DNA of 64,000 bases, taken from assembly GCA_964057225.1 (NCBI GenBank), contig OZ059894.1:310001-374000 (forward strand), in the 5' to 3' direction. Under the pieces are notes generated by a model that saw nothing but the letters and a program-made list of their open reading frames with translations, was not told the origin of the DNA and did no database searches. Below, in pieces: positions 24,801 through 39,800 of the stretch. The stretch is from Auanema rhodensis. Its lineage: Eukaryota > Animalia > Nematoda. The position numbers and the translations under genes are program-made. Position 1 is the stretch's first letter; each line of letters opens with the position of its first letter.

Positions 24801-27800
24801 AATATGTACATGGGGAATTTTATTTTGAAAACCGCATCTCTTTATCTTTCACGTGAAGCGAGTTACATACCAAGTGCACATCACGTGTACATTTAATTAG
24901 CATAAATTAAAGTTCACGTAAATTTCAAAGTCATGGTTACCATGAACTAATATCAATAAAAATTTGTTTTTAGACTAATATGGACATGGGGAATCTAATT
25001 TTGAAAACCGCATCTCTTTATCTTTCACGTGAAGCGAGTTACATACCAAGTGCACATCACGTGTACATTTAATTAGCATAAATTAAAGTTCACGTAAATT
25101 TCAAAGTCATGGTTACCATGAACCAATATCAATAAAAATTTGTTTTTAGACTAATATGGACATGGGGAATCTAATTTTGAAAACCGCATCTCTTTATCTT
25201 TCACGTGAAGCGAGTTACATACCAAGTGCACATCACGTGTACATTTAATTAGCATAAATTAAAGTTCACGTAAATTTCAAAGTCATGGTTACCATGCACC
25301 AATATCAATAAAAATTTGTTTTTAGACTAATATGAACATGGGGAATCTAATTGTGAAAACCGCATCTCTTTATCTTTCACGTGAAGCGAGTTACATACCA
25401 AGTGCACATCACGTGTAAATTTAATTAGCATAAATTAAAGTTCACGTAAATTTCAAAGTCATGGTTACCATGAACCAATATCAATAAAAATTTGTTTTTA
25501 GACTAATATGGACATGGGGAATCTAATTTTGAAAACCGCATCTCTTTATCTTTCACGTGAAGCGAGTTACATACCAAGTGCACATCACGTGTACATTTAA
25601 TTAGCATAAATTAAAGTTCACGTAAATTTCAAAGTCATGGTTACCATGCACCAATATCAATAAAAATTTGTTTTTAGACTAATATGAACATGGGGAATCT
25701 AATTTTGAAAACCGCATCTCTTTATCTTTCACGTGAAGCGAGTTACATACCAAGTGCACATCACGTGTAAATTTAATTAGCATAAATCAAAGTTCACGTA
25801 AATTTCAAAGTCATGGTTACCATGAACCAATATCAATGAAAATTTGTTTTTAGACTAATATGTACATGGGGAATTTTATTTTGAAAACCGCATCTCTTTA
25901 TCTTTCACGTGAAGCGAGTTACATACCAAGTGCACATCACGTGTACATTTAATTAGCATAAATTAAAGTTCACGTAAATTTCAAAGTCATGGTTACCATG
26001 AACCAATATCAATAAAAATTTGTTTTTAGACTAATATGGACATGGGGAATCTAATTTTGAAAACCGCATCTCTTTATCTTTCACGTGAAGCGAGTTACAT
26101 ACCAAGTGCACATCACGTGTACATTTAATTAGCATTAATTAAAGTTCACGTAAATTTCAAAGTCATGGTTACCATGAACCAATATCAATAAAAATTTGTT
26201 TTTAGACTAATATGGACATGGGGAATCTAATTTTGAAAACCGCATCTTTTTATCTTTCACGTGAAGCGAGTTACATACCAAGTGCACATCACGTGTAAAT
26301 TTAATTAGCATAAATTAAAGTTCACGTAAATTTCAAAGTCATGGTTACCATGAACCAATATCAATGAAAATTTGTTTTTAGACTAATATGTACATGGGGA
26401 ATTTTATTTTGAAAACCGCATCTCTTTATCTTTCACGTGAAGCGAGTTACATACCAAGTGCACATCACGTGTACATTTAATTAGCATAAATTAAAGTTCA
26501 CGTAAATTTCAAAGTCATGGTTACCATGAACTAATATCAATAAAAATTTGTTTTTAGACTAATATGGACATGGGGAATCTAATTTTGAAAACCGCATCTC
26601 TTTATCTTTCACGTGAAGCGAGTTACATACCAAGTGCACATCACGTGTACATTTAATTAGCATAAATTAAAGTTCACGTAAATTTCAAAGTCATGGTTAC
26701 CATGAACCAATATCAATAAAAATTTGTTTTTAGACTAATATGGACATGGGGAATCTAATTTTGAAAACCGCATCTCTTTATCTTTCACGTGAAGCGAGTT
26801 ACATACCAAGTGCACATCACGTGTACATTTAATTAGCATAAATTAAAGTTCACGTAAATTTCAAAGTCATGGTTACCATGCACCAATATCAATAAAAATT
26901 TGTTTTTAGACTAATATGAACATGGGGAATCTAATTTTGAAAACCGCATCTCTTTATCTTTCACGTGAAGCGAGTTACATACCAAGTGCACATCACGTGT
27001 ACATTTAATTAGCATAAATTAAAGTTCACGTAAATTTCAAAGTCATGGTTACCATGAACTAATATCAATAAAAATTTGTTTTTAGACTAATATGGACATG
27101 GGGAATCTAATTTTGAAAATCGCATCTCTTTATCTTTCACGTGAAGCGAGTTACATACCAAGTGCACATCACGTGTACATTTAATTAGCATAAATTAAAG
27201 TTCACGTAAATTTCAAAGTCATGGTTACCATGCACCAATATCAATAAAAATTTGTTTTTAGACTAATATGAACATGGGGAATCTAATTTTGAAAACCGCA
27301 TCTCTTTATCTTTCACGTGAAGCGAGTTACATACCAAGTGCACATCACGTGTAAATTTAATTAGCATAAATTAAAGTTCACGTAAATTTCAAAGTCATGG
27401 TTACCATGAACCAATATCAATAAAAATTTGTTTTTAGACTAATATGGACATGGGGAATCTAATTTTGAAAACCGCATCTCTTTATCTTTCACGTGAAGCG
27501 AGTTACATACCAAGTGCACATCACGTGTACATTTAATTAGCATAAATTAAAGTTCACGTAAATTTCAAAGTCATGGTTACCATGCACCAATATCAATAAA
27601 AATTTGTTTTTAGACTAATATGAACATGGGGAATCTAATTTTGAAAACCGCATCTCTTTATCTTTCACGTGAAGCGAGTTACATACCAAGTGCACATCAC
27701 GTGTAAATTTAATTAGCATAAATCAAAGTTCACGTAAATTTCAAAGTCATGGTTACCATGAACCAATATCAATGAAAATTTGTTTTTAGACTAATATGTA

Positions 27801-30800
27801 CATGGGGAATTTTATTTTGAAAACCGCATCTCTTTATCTTTCACGTGAAGCGAGTTACATACCAAGTGCACATCACGTGTACATTTAATTAGCATAAATT
27901 AAAGTTCACGTAAATTTCAAAGTCATGGTTACCATGAACCAATATCAATAAAAATTTGTTTTTAGACTAATATGGACATGGGGAATCTAATTTTGAAAAC
28001 CGCATCTCTTTATCTTTCACGTGAAGCGAGTTACATACCAAGTGCACATCACGTGTACATTTAATTAGCATTAATTAAAGTTCACGTAAATTTCAAAGTC
28101 ATGGTTACCATGAACCAATATCAATAAAAATTTGTTTTTAGACTAATATGGACATGGGGAATCTAATTTTGAAAACCGCATCTTTTTATCTTTCACGTGA
28201 AGCGAGTTACATACCAAGTGCACATCACGTGTAAATTTAATTAGCATAAATTAAAGTTCACGTAAATTTCAAAGTCATGGTTACCATGAACCAATATCAA
28301 TGAAAATTTGTTTTTAGACTAATATGTACATGGGGAATTTTATTTTGAAAACCGCATCTCTTTATCTTTCACGTGAAGCGAGTTACATACCAAGTGCACA
28401 TCACGTGTACATTTAATTAGCATAAATTAAAGTTCACGTAAATTTCAAAGTCATGGTTACCATGAACTAATATCAATAAAAATTTGTTTTTAGACTAATA
28501 TGGACATGGGGAATCTAATTTTGAAAACCGCATCTCTTTATCTTTCACGTGAAGCGAGTTACATACCAAGTGCACATCACGTGTACATTTAATTAGCATA
28601 AATTAAAGTTCACGTAAATTTCAAAGTCATGGTTACCATGAACCAATATCAATAAAAATTTGTTTTTAGACTAATATGGACATGGGGAATCTAATTTTGA
28701 AAACCGCATCTCTTTATCTTTCACGTGAAGCGAGTTACATACCAAGTGCACATCACGTGTACATTTAATTAGCATAAATTAAAGTTCACGTAAATTTCAA
28801 AGTCATGGTTACCATGCACCAATATCAATAAAAATTTGTTTTTAGACTAATATGAACATGGGGAATCTAATTTTGAAAACCGCATCTCTTTATCTTTCAC
28901 GTGAAGCGAGTTACATACCAAGTGCACATCACGTGTAAATTTAATTAGCATAAATTAAAGTTCACGTAAATTTCAAAGTCATGGTTACCATGAACCAATA
29001 TCAATGAAAATTTGTTTTTAGACTAATATGGACATGGGGAATCTAATTTTGAAAACCGCATCTCTTTATCTTTCACGTGAAGCGAGTTACATACCAAGTG
29101 CACATCACGTGTACATTTAATTAGCATAAATTAAAGTTCACGTAAATTTCAAAGTCATGGTTACCATGCACCAATATCAATAAAAATTTGTTTTTAGACT
29201 AATATGGACATGGGGAATCTTATTTTGAAAACCGCATCTCTTTATCTTTCACGTGAAGCGAGTTACATACCAAGTGCACATCACGTGTACATTTAATTAG
29301 CATAAATTAAAGTTCACGTAAATTTCAAAGTCATGGTTACCATGCACCAATATCAATAAAAATTTGTTTTTAGACTAATATGTACATGGGGAATTTTATT
29401 TTGAAAACCGCATCTCTTTATCTTTCACGTGAAGCGAGTTACATACCAAGTGCACATCACGTGTACATTTAATTAGCATAAATTAAAGTTCACGTAAATT
29501 TCAAAGTCATGGTTACCATGAACCAATATCAATAAAAATTTGTTTTTAGACTAATATGGACATGGGGAATCTAATTTTGAAAACCGCATCTCTTTATCTT
29601 TCACGTGAAGCGAGTTACATACCAAGTGCACATCACGTGTACATTTAATTAGCATTAATTAAAGTTCACGTAAATTTCAAAGTCATGGTTACCATGAACC
29701 AATATCAATAAAAATTTGTTTTTAGACTAATATGGACATGGGGAATCTAATTTTGAAAACCGCATCTTTTTATCTTTCACGTGAAGCGAGTTACAAACCA
29801 AGTGCACATCACGTGTAAATTTAATTAGCATAAATTAAAGTTCACGTAAATTTCAAAGTCATGGTTACCATGAACCAATATCAATGAAAATTTGTTTTTA
29901 GACTAATATGTACATGGGGAATTTTATTTTGAAAACCGCATCTCTTTATCTTTCACGTGAAGCGAGTTACATACCAAGTGCACATCACGTGTACATTTAA
30001 TTAGCATAAATTAAAGTTCACGTAAATTTCAAAGTCATGGTTACCATGAACTAATATCAATAAAAATTTGTTTTTAGACTAATATGGACATGGGGAATCT
30101 AATTTTGAAAACCGCATCTCTTTATCTTTCACGTGAAGCGAGTTACATACCAAGTGCACATCACGTGTACATTTAATTAGCATAAATTAAAGTTCACGTA
30201 AATTTCAAAGTCATGGTTACCATGAACCAATATCAATAAAAATTTGTTTTTAGACTAATATGGACATGGGGAATCTAATTTTGAAAACCGCATCTCTTTA
30301 TCTTTCACGTGAAGCGAGTTACATACCAAGTGCACATCACGTGTACATTTAATTAGCATAAATTAAAGTTCACGTAAATTTCAAAGTCATGGTTACCATG
30401 CACCAATATCAATAAAAATTTGTTTTTAGACTAATATGAACATGGGGAATCTAATTTTGAAAACCGCATCTCTTTATCTTTCACGTGAAGCGAGTTACAT
30501 ACCAAGTGCACATCACGTGTAAATTTAATTAGCATAAATTAAAGTTCACGTAAATTTCAAAGTCATGGTTACCATGAACCAATATCAATGAAAATTTGTT
30601 TTTAGACTAATATGTACATGGGGAATTTTATTTTGAAAACCGCATCTCTTTATCTTTCACGTGAAGCGAGTTACATACCAAGTGCACATCACGTGTACAT
30701 TTAATTAGCATAAATTAAAGTTCACGTAAATTTCAAAGTCATGGTTACCATGAACCAATATCAATAAAAATTTGTTTTTAGACTAAAATGGACATGGGGA

Positions 30801-33800
30801 ATCTAATTTTGAAAACCGCATCTCTTTATCTTTCACGTGAAGCGAGTTACATACCAAGTGCACATCACGTGTACATTTAATTAGCATAAATTAAAGTTCA
30901 CGTAAATTTCAAAGACATGGTTACCATGAACCAATATCAATGAAAATTTGTTTTTAGACTAATATGGACATGGGGAATCTAATTTTGAAAACCGCATCTC
31001 TTTATCTTTCACGTGAAGCGAGTTACATACCAAGTGCACATCACGTGTACATTTAATTAGCATAAATTAAAGTTCACGTAAATTTCAAAGTCATGGTTAC
31101 CATGCACCAATATCAATAAAAATTTGTTTTTAGACTAATATGGACATGGGGAATCTTATTTTGAAAACCGCATCTCTTTATCTTTCACGTGAAGCGAGTT
31201 ACATACCAAGTGCACATCACGTGTACATTTAATTAGCATAAATTAAAGTTCACGTAAATTTCAAAGTCATGGTTACCATGCACCAATATCAATAAAAATT
31301 TGTTTTTAGACTAATATGTACATGGGGAATTTTATTTTGAAAACCGCATCTCTTTATCTTTCACGTGAAGCGAGTTACATACCAAGTGCACATCACGTGT
31401 ACATTTAATTAGCATAAATTAAAGTTCACGTAAATTTCAAAGTCATGGTTACCATGAACCAATATCAATAAAAATTTGTTTTTAGACTAATATGGACATG
31501 GGGAATCTAATTTTGAAAACCGCATCTCTTTATCTTTCACGTGAAGCGAGTTACATACCAAGTGCACATCACGTGTACATTTAATTAGCATAAATTAAAG
31601 TTCACGTAAATTTCAAAGTCATGGTTACCATGAACCAATATCAATAAAAATTTGTTTTTAGACTAATATGGAAATGGGGAATCTAGTTTTGAAAACCGCA
31701 TCTCTTTATCTTTCACGTGAAGCGAGTTACATACCAAGTGCACATCACGTGTACATTTAATTAGCATAAATTAAAGTTCACGTAAATTTCAAAGTCATGG
31801 TTACCATGAACCAATATCAATAAAAATTTGTTTTTAGACTAATATGGACATGGGGAATCTAATTTTGAAAACCGCATCTCTTTATCTTTCACGTGAAGCG
31901 AGTTACATACCAAGTGCACATCACGTGTACATTTAATTAGCATTAATTAAAGTTCACGTAAATTTCAAAGTCATGGTTACCATGAACCAATATCAATAAA
32001 AATTTGTTTTTAGACTAATATGGACATGGGGAATCTAATTTTGAAAACCGCATCTTTTTATCTTTCACGTGAAGCGAGTTACAAACCAAGTGCACATCAC
32101 GTGTAAATTTAATTAGCATAAATTAAAGTTCACGTAAATTTCAAAGTCATGGTTACCATGAACCAATATCAATGAAAATTTGTTTTTAGACTAATATGTA
32201 CATGGGGAATTTTATTTTGAAAACCGCATCTCTTTATCTTTCACGTGAAGCGAGTTACATACCAAGTGCACATCACGTGTACATTTAATTAGCATAAATT
32301 AAAGTTCACGTAAATTTCAAAGTCATGGTTACCATGAACTAATATCAATAAAAATTTGTTTTTAGACTAATATGGACATGGGGAATCTAATTTTGAAAAC
32401 CGCATCTCTTTATCTTTCACGTGAAGCGAGTTACATACCAAGTGCACATCACGTGTACATTTAATTAGCATAAATTAAAGTTCACGTAAATTTCAAAGTC
32501 ATGGTTACCATGAACCAATATCAATAAAAATTTGTTTTTAGACTAATATGGACATGGGGAATCTAATTTTGAAAACCGCATCTCTTTATCTTTCACGTGA
32601 AGCGAGTTACATACCAAGTGCACATCACGTGTACATTTAATTAGCATAAATTAAAGTTCACGTAAATTTCAAAGTCATGGTTACCATGCACCAATATCAA
32701 TAAAAATTTGTTTTTAGACTAATATGAACATGGGGAATCTAATTTTGAAAACCGCATCTCTTTATCTTTCACGTGAAGCGAGTTACATACCAAGTGCACA
32801 TCACGTGTAAATTTAATTAGCATAAATTAAAGTTCACGTAAATTTCAAAGTCATGGTTACCATGAACCAATATCAATGAAAATTTGTTTTTAGACTAATA
32901 TGTACATGGGGAATTTTATTTTGAAAACCGCATCTCTTTATCTTTCACGTGAAGCGAGTTACATACCAAGTGCACATCACGTGTACATTTAATTAGCATA
33001 AATTAAAGTTCACGTAAATTTCAAAGTCATGGTTACCATGAACCAATATCAATAAAAATTTGTTTTTAGACTAAAATGGACATGGGGAATCTAATTTTGA
33101 AAACCGCATCTCTTTATCTTTCACGTGAAGCGAGTTACATACCAAGTGCACATCACGTGTACATTTAATTAGCATAAATTAAAGTTCACGTAAATTTCAA
33201 AGACATGGTTACCATGAACCAATATCAATGAAAATTTGTTTTTAGACTAATATGGACATGGGGAATCTAATTTTGAAAACCGCATCTCTTTATCTTTCAC
33301 GTGAAGCGAGTTACATACCAAGTGCACATCACGTGTACATTTAATTAGCATAAATTAAAGTTCACGTAAATTTCAAAGTCATGGTTACCATGCACCAATA
33401 TCAATAAAAATTTGTTTTTAGACTAATATGGACATGGGGAATCTTATTTTGAAAACCGCATCTCTTTATCTTTCACGTGAAGCGAGTTACATACCAAGTG
33501 CACATCACGTGTACATTTAATTAGCATAAATTAAAGTTCACGTAAATTTCAAAGTCATGGTTACCATGCACCAATATCAATAAAAATTTGTTTTTAGACT
33601 AATATGTACATGGGGAATTTTATTTTGAAAACCGCATCTCTTTATCTTTCACGTGAAGCGAGTTACATACCAAGTGCACATCACGTGTACATTTAATTAG
33701 CATAAATTAAAGTTCACGTAAATTTCAAAGTCATGGTTACCATGAACCAATATCAATAAAAATTTGTTTTTAGACTAATATGGACATGGGGAATCTAATT

Positions 33801-36800
33801 TTGAAAACCGCATCTCTTTATCTTTCACGTGAAGCGAGTTACATACCAAGTGCACATCACGTGTACATTTAATTAGCATTAATTAAAGTTCACGTAAATT
33901 TCAAAGTCATGGTTACCATGAACCAATATCAATAAAAATTTGTTTTTAGACTAATATGGACATGGGGAATCTAATTTTGAAAACCGCATCTCTTTATCTT
34001 TCACGTGAAGCGAGTTACATACCAAGTGCACATCACGTGTACATTTAATTAGCATAAATTAAAGTTCACGTAAATTTCAAAGTCATGGTTACCATGCACC
34101 AATATCAATAAAAATTTGTTTTTAGACTAATATGTACATGGGGAATTTTATTTTGAAAACCGCATCTCTTTATCTTTCACGTGAAGCGAGTTACATACCA
34201 AGTGCACATCACGTGTACATTTAATTAGCATAAATTAAAGTTCACGTAAATTTCAAAGTCATGGTTACCATGAACTAATATCAATAAAAATTTGTTTTTA
34301 GACTAATATGGACATGGGGAATCTAATTTTGAAAACCGCATCTCTTTATCTTTCACGTGAAGCGAGTTACATACCAAGTGCACATCACGTGTACATTTAA
34401 TTAGCATAAATTAAAGTTCACGTAAATTTCAAAGTCATGGTTACCATGAACCAATATCAATAAAAATTTGTTTTTAGACTAATATGGACATGGGAAATCT
34501 AATTTTGAAAACCGCATCTCTTTATCTTTCACGTGAAGCGAGTTACATACCAAGTGCACATCACGTGTACATTTAATTAGCATTAATTAAAGTTCACGTA
34601 AATTTCAAAGTCATGGTTACCATGAACCAATATCAATAAAAATTTGTTTTTAGACTAATATGGACATGGGGAATCTAATTTTGAAAACCGCATCTCTTTA
34701 TCTTTCACGTGAAGCGAGTTACATACCAAGTGCACATCACGTGTACATTTAATTAGCATAAATTAAAGTTCACGTAAATTTCAAAGTCATGGTTACCATG
34801 AACTAATATCAATAAAAATTTGTTTTTAGACTAATATGGACATGGGGAATCTAATTTTGAAAACCGCATCTCTTTATCTTTCACGTGAAGCGAGTTACAT
34901 ACCAAGTGCACATCACGTGTACATTTAATTAGCATAAATTAAAGTTCACGTAAATTTCAAAGTCATGGTTACCATGAACCAATATCAATAAAAATTTGTT
35001 TTTAGACTAATATGGACATGGGGAATCTAATTTTGAAAACCGCATCTCTTTATCTTTCACGTGAAGCGAGTTACATACCAAGTGCACATCACGTGTACAT
35101 TTAATTAGCATAAATTAAAGTTCACGTAAATTTCAAAGTCATGGTTACCATGAACCAATATCAATAAAAATTTGTTTTTAGACTAATATGGACATGGGGA
35201 ATCTAATTTTGAAAACCGCATCTCTTTATCTTTCACGTGAACCGAGTTACATACCAAGTGCAGATCACGTGTACATTTAATTAGCATAAATTAAAGTTCA
35301 CGTAAATTTCAAAGTCATGGTTACCATGAACCAATATCAATAAAAATTTGTTTTTAGACTAATATGGACATGGGAAATCTAATTTTGAAAACCGCATCTC
35401 TTTATCTTTCACGTGAAGCGAGTTACATACCAAGTGCACATCACGTGTACATTTAATTAGCATAAATTAAAGTTCACGTAAATTTCAAAGTCATGGTTAC
35501 CATGCACCAATATCAATAAAAATTTGTTTTTAGACTAATATGGACATGGGGAATCCAATTTTGAAAACCGCATCTCTTTATCTTTCACGTGAAGCGAGTT
35601 ACATACCAAGTGCACATCACGTGTACATTTAATTAGCATAAATTAAAGTTCACGTAAATTTCAAAGTCATGGTTACCATGAACCAATATCAATAAAAATT
35701 TGTTTTTAGACTAATATGGACATGGGGAATCTAATTTTAAAAACCGCATCTCTTTATCTTTCACGTGAAGCGAGTTACATACCAAGTGCACATCACGTGT
35801 ACATTTAATAAGCATAAATTAAAGTTCACGTAAATTTCAAAGTCATGGTTACCATGCACCAATATCAATAAAAATTTGATTTTAGACTAATATGGACATG
35901 GGGAATCTAATTTTGAAAACCGCATCTCTTTATCTTTCACGTGAAGCGAGTTACATACCAAGTGCACATCACGTGTACATTTAATTAGCATAAATTAAAG
36001 TTCACGTAAATTTCAAAGTCATGGTTACCATGAACCAATATCAATAAAAATTTGTTTTTAGACTAATATGGACATGGGGAATCAAATTTTGAAAACCGCA
36101 TCTCTTTATCTTTCACGTGAAGCGAGTTACATACCAAGTGCACATCACGTGTACATTTAATTAGCATAAATTAAAGTTCACGTAAATTTCAAAGTCATGG
36201 TTACCATGAACCAATATCAATAAAAATTTGTTTTTAGACTAATATGGACATGGGGAATCTAATTTTGAAAACCGCATCTCTTTATCTTTCACGTGAAGCG
36301 AGTTACATACCAAGTGCACATCACGTGTACATTTAATTAGCATAAATTAAAGTTCACATAAATTTCAAAGTCATGGTTACCATGCACCAATATCAATAAA
36401 AATTTGTTTTTAGACTAATATGAACATGGGGAATCTAATTCTGAAAACCGCATCTCTTTATCTTTCACGTGAAGCGAGTTACATACCAAGTGCACATCAC
36501 GTGTACATTTAATTAGCATAAATTAAAGTTCACGTAAATTTCAAAGTCATGGTTACCATGAACCAATATCAATAAAAGTTTGTTTTTAGACTAATATGGA
36601 CATGGGGAATCAAATTTTGAAAACCGCATCTCTTTATCTTTCACGTGAAGCGAGTTACATACCAAGTGCACATCACGTGTACATTTAATTAGCATAAATT
36701 AAAGTTCACGTAAATTTCAAAGTCATGGTTACCATGAACCAATATCAATAAAAATTTGTTTTTAGACTAAAATGGACATGGGGAATCTAATTTTGAAAAC

Positions 36801-39800
36801 CGCATCTCTTTATCTTTCACGTGAAGCGAGTTACATACCAAGTGCACATCACGTGTACATTTAATTAGCATAAATTAAAGTTCACGTAAATTTCAAAGTC
36901 ATGGTTACCATGAACCAATATCAATAAAAATTTGTTTTTAGACTAATATGGACATGGGGAATCAAATTTTGAAAACCGCATCTCTTTATCTTTCACGTGA
37001 AGCGAGTTGCATACCAAGTGCACATCACGTGTACATTTAATTAGCATAAATTAAATTTCACGTAAATTTCAAAGTCATGGTTACCATGAACCAATATCAA
37101 TAAAAGTTTGTTTTTAGACTAATATGGACATGGGGAATCAAATTTTGAAAACCGCATCTCTTTATCTTTCACGTGAAGCGAGTTACATACCAAGTGCACA
37201 TCACGTGTACATTTAATTAGCATAAATTAAAGTTCACGTAAATTTCAAAGTCATGGTTACCATGCACCAATATCAATAAAAATTTGTTTTTAGACTAATA
37301 TGGACATGGGGAATCTAATTTTGAAAACCGCATCTCTTTATCTTTCACGTGAAGCGAGTTACATACCAAGTGCACATCACGTGTACATTTAATTAGCATA
37401 AATTAAAGTTCACGTAAATTTCAAAGTCATGGTTACCATGCACCAATATCAATAAAAATTTGTTTTTAGACTAATATGAACATGGGGAATCTAATTCTGA
37501 AAACCGCATCTCTTTATCTTTCACGTGAAGCGAGTTACATACCAAGTGCACATCACGTGTACATTTAATTAGCATAAATTAAAGTTCACGTAAATTTCAA
37601 AGTCATGGTTACCATGAACCAATATCAATAAAAGTTTGTTTTTAGACTAATATGGACATGGGGAATCAAATTTTGAAAACCGCATCTCTTTATCTTTCAC
37701 GTAAAGCGAGTTACATACCAAGTGCACATCACGTGTACATTTAATTAGCATAAATTAAAGTTCACGTAAATTTCAAAGTCATGGTTACCATGAACCAATA
37801 TCAATGAAAATTTGTTTTTAGACTAATATGGACATGGGGAATCAAATTTTGAAAACCGCATCTCTTTATCTTTCACGTGAAGCGAGTTACATACCAAGTG
37901 CACATCACGTGTACATTTAATTAGCATAAATTAAAGTTCACGTAAATTTCAAAGTCATGGTTACCATGAACCAATATCAATAAAAGTTTGTTTTTAGACT
38001 AATATGGACATGGGGAATCAAATTTTGAAAACCGCATCTCTTTATCTTTCACGTGAAGCGAGTTACATACCAAGTGCACATCACGTGTACATTTAATTAG
38101 CATAAATTAAAGTTCACGTAAATTTCAAAGTCATGGTTACCATGCACCAATATCAATAAAAATTTGTTTTTAGACTAATATGGACATGGGGAATCTAATT
38201 TTGAAAACCGCATCTCTTTATCTTTCACGTGAAGCGAGTTACATACCAAGTGCACATCACGTGTACATTTAATTAGCATAAATTAAAGTTCACGTAAATT
38301 TCAAAGTCATGGTTACCATGAACCAATATCAATAAAAATTTGTTTTTAGACTAATATGGACATGGGGAATCTAATTTTGAAAACCGCATCTCTTTATCTT
38401 TCACGTGAAGCGAGTTACATACCAAGTGCACATCACGTGTACATTTAATTAGCATAAATTAAAGTTCACGTAAATTTCAAAGACATGGTTACCATGAACC
38501 AATATCAATGAAAATTTGTTTTCAGACTAATATGGACATGGGGAATCTAATTTTGAAAACCGCATCTCTTTATCTTTCACGTGAAGCGAGTTACATACCA
38601 AGTGCACATCACGTGTACATTTAATTAGCATAAATTAAAGTTCACGTAAATTTCAAAGTCATGGTTACCATGCACCAATATCAATAAAAATTTGTTTTTA
38701 GACTAATATGGACATGGGGAATCTTATTTTGAAAACCGCATCTCTTTATCTTTCACGTGAAGCGAGTTACATACCAAGTGCACATCACGTGTACATTTAA
38801 TTAGCATAAATTAAAGTTCACGTAAATTTCAAAGTCATGGTTACCATGCACCAATATCAATAAAAATTTGTTTTTAGACTAATATGGACATGGGGAATTT
38901 TATTTTGAAAACCGCATCTCTTTATCTTTCACGTGAAGCGAGTTACATACCAAGTGCACATCACGTGTACATTTAATTAGCATAAATTAAAGTTCACGTA
39001 AATTTCAAAGTCATGGTTACCATGAACCAATATCAATAAAAATTTGTTTTTAGACTAATATGGACATGGGGAATCTAATTTTGAAAACCGCATCTCTTTA
39101 TCTTTCACGTGAACCGAGTTACATACCAAGTGCAGATCACGTGTACATTTAATTAGCATAAATTAAAGTTCACGTAAATTTCAAAGTCATGGTTACCATG
39201 AACCAATATCAATAAAAATTTGTTTTTAGACTAATATGGACATGGGAAATCTAATTTTGAAAACCGCATCTCTTTATCTTTCACGTGAAGCGAGTTACAT
39301 ACCAAGTGCACATCACGTGTACATTTAATTAGCATAAATTAAAGTTCACGTAAATTTCAAAGTCATGGTTACCATGCACCAATAACAATAAAAATTTGTT
39401 TTTAGACTAATATGGACATGGGGAATCCAATTTTGAAAACCGCATCTCTTTATCTTTCACGTGAAGCGAGTTACATACCAAGTGCACATCACGTGTACAT
39501 TTAATTAGCATAAATTAAAGTTCACGTAAATTTCAAAGTCATGGTTACCATGAACCAATATCAATAAAAATTTGTTTTTAGACTAATATGGACATGGGGA
39601 ATCTAATTTTAAAAACCGCATCTCTTTATCTTTCACGTGAAGCGAGTTACATACCAAGTGCACATCACGTGTACATTTAATAAGCATAAATTAAAGTTCA
39701 CGTAAATTTCAAAGTCATGGTTACCATGAACCAATATCAATAAAAATTTGTTTTTAGACTAATATGGACATGGGAAATCTAATTTTGAAAACCGCATCTC

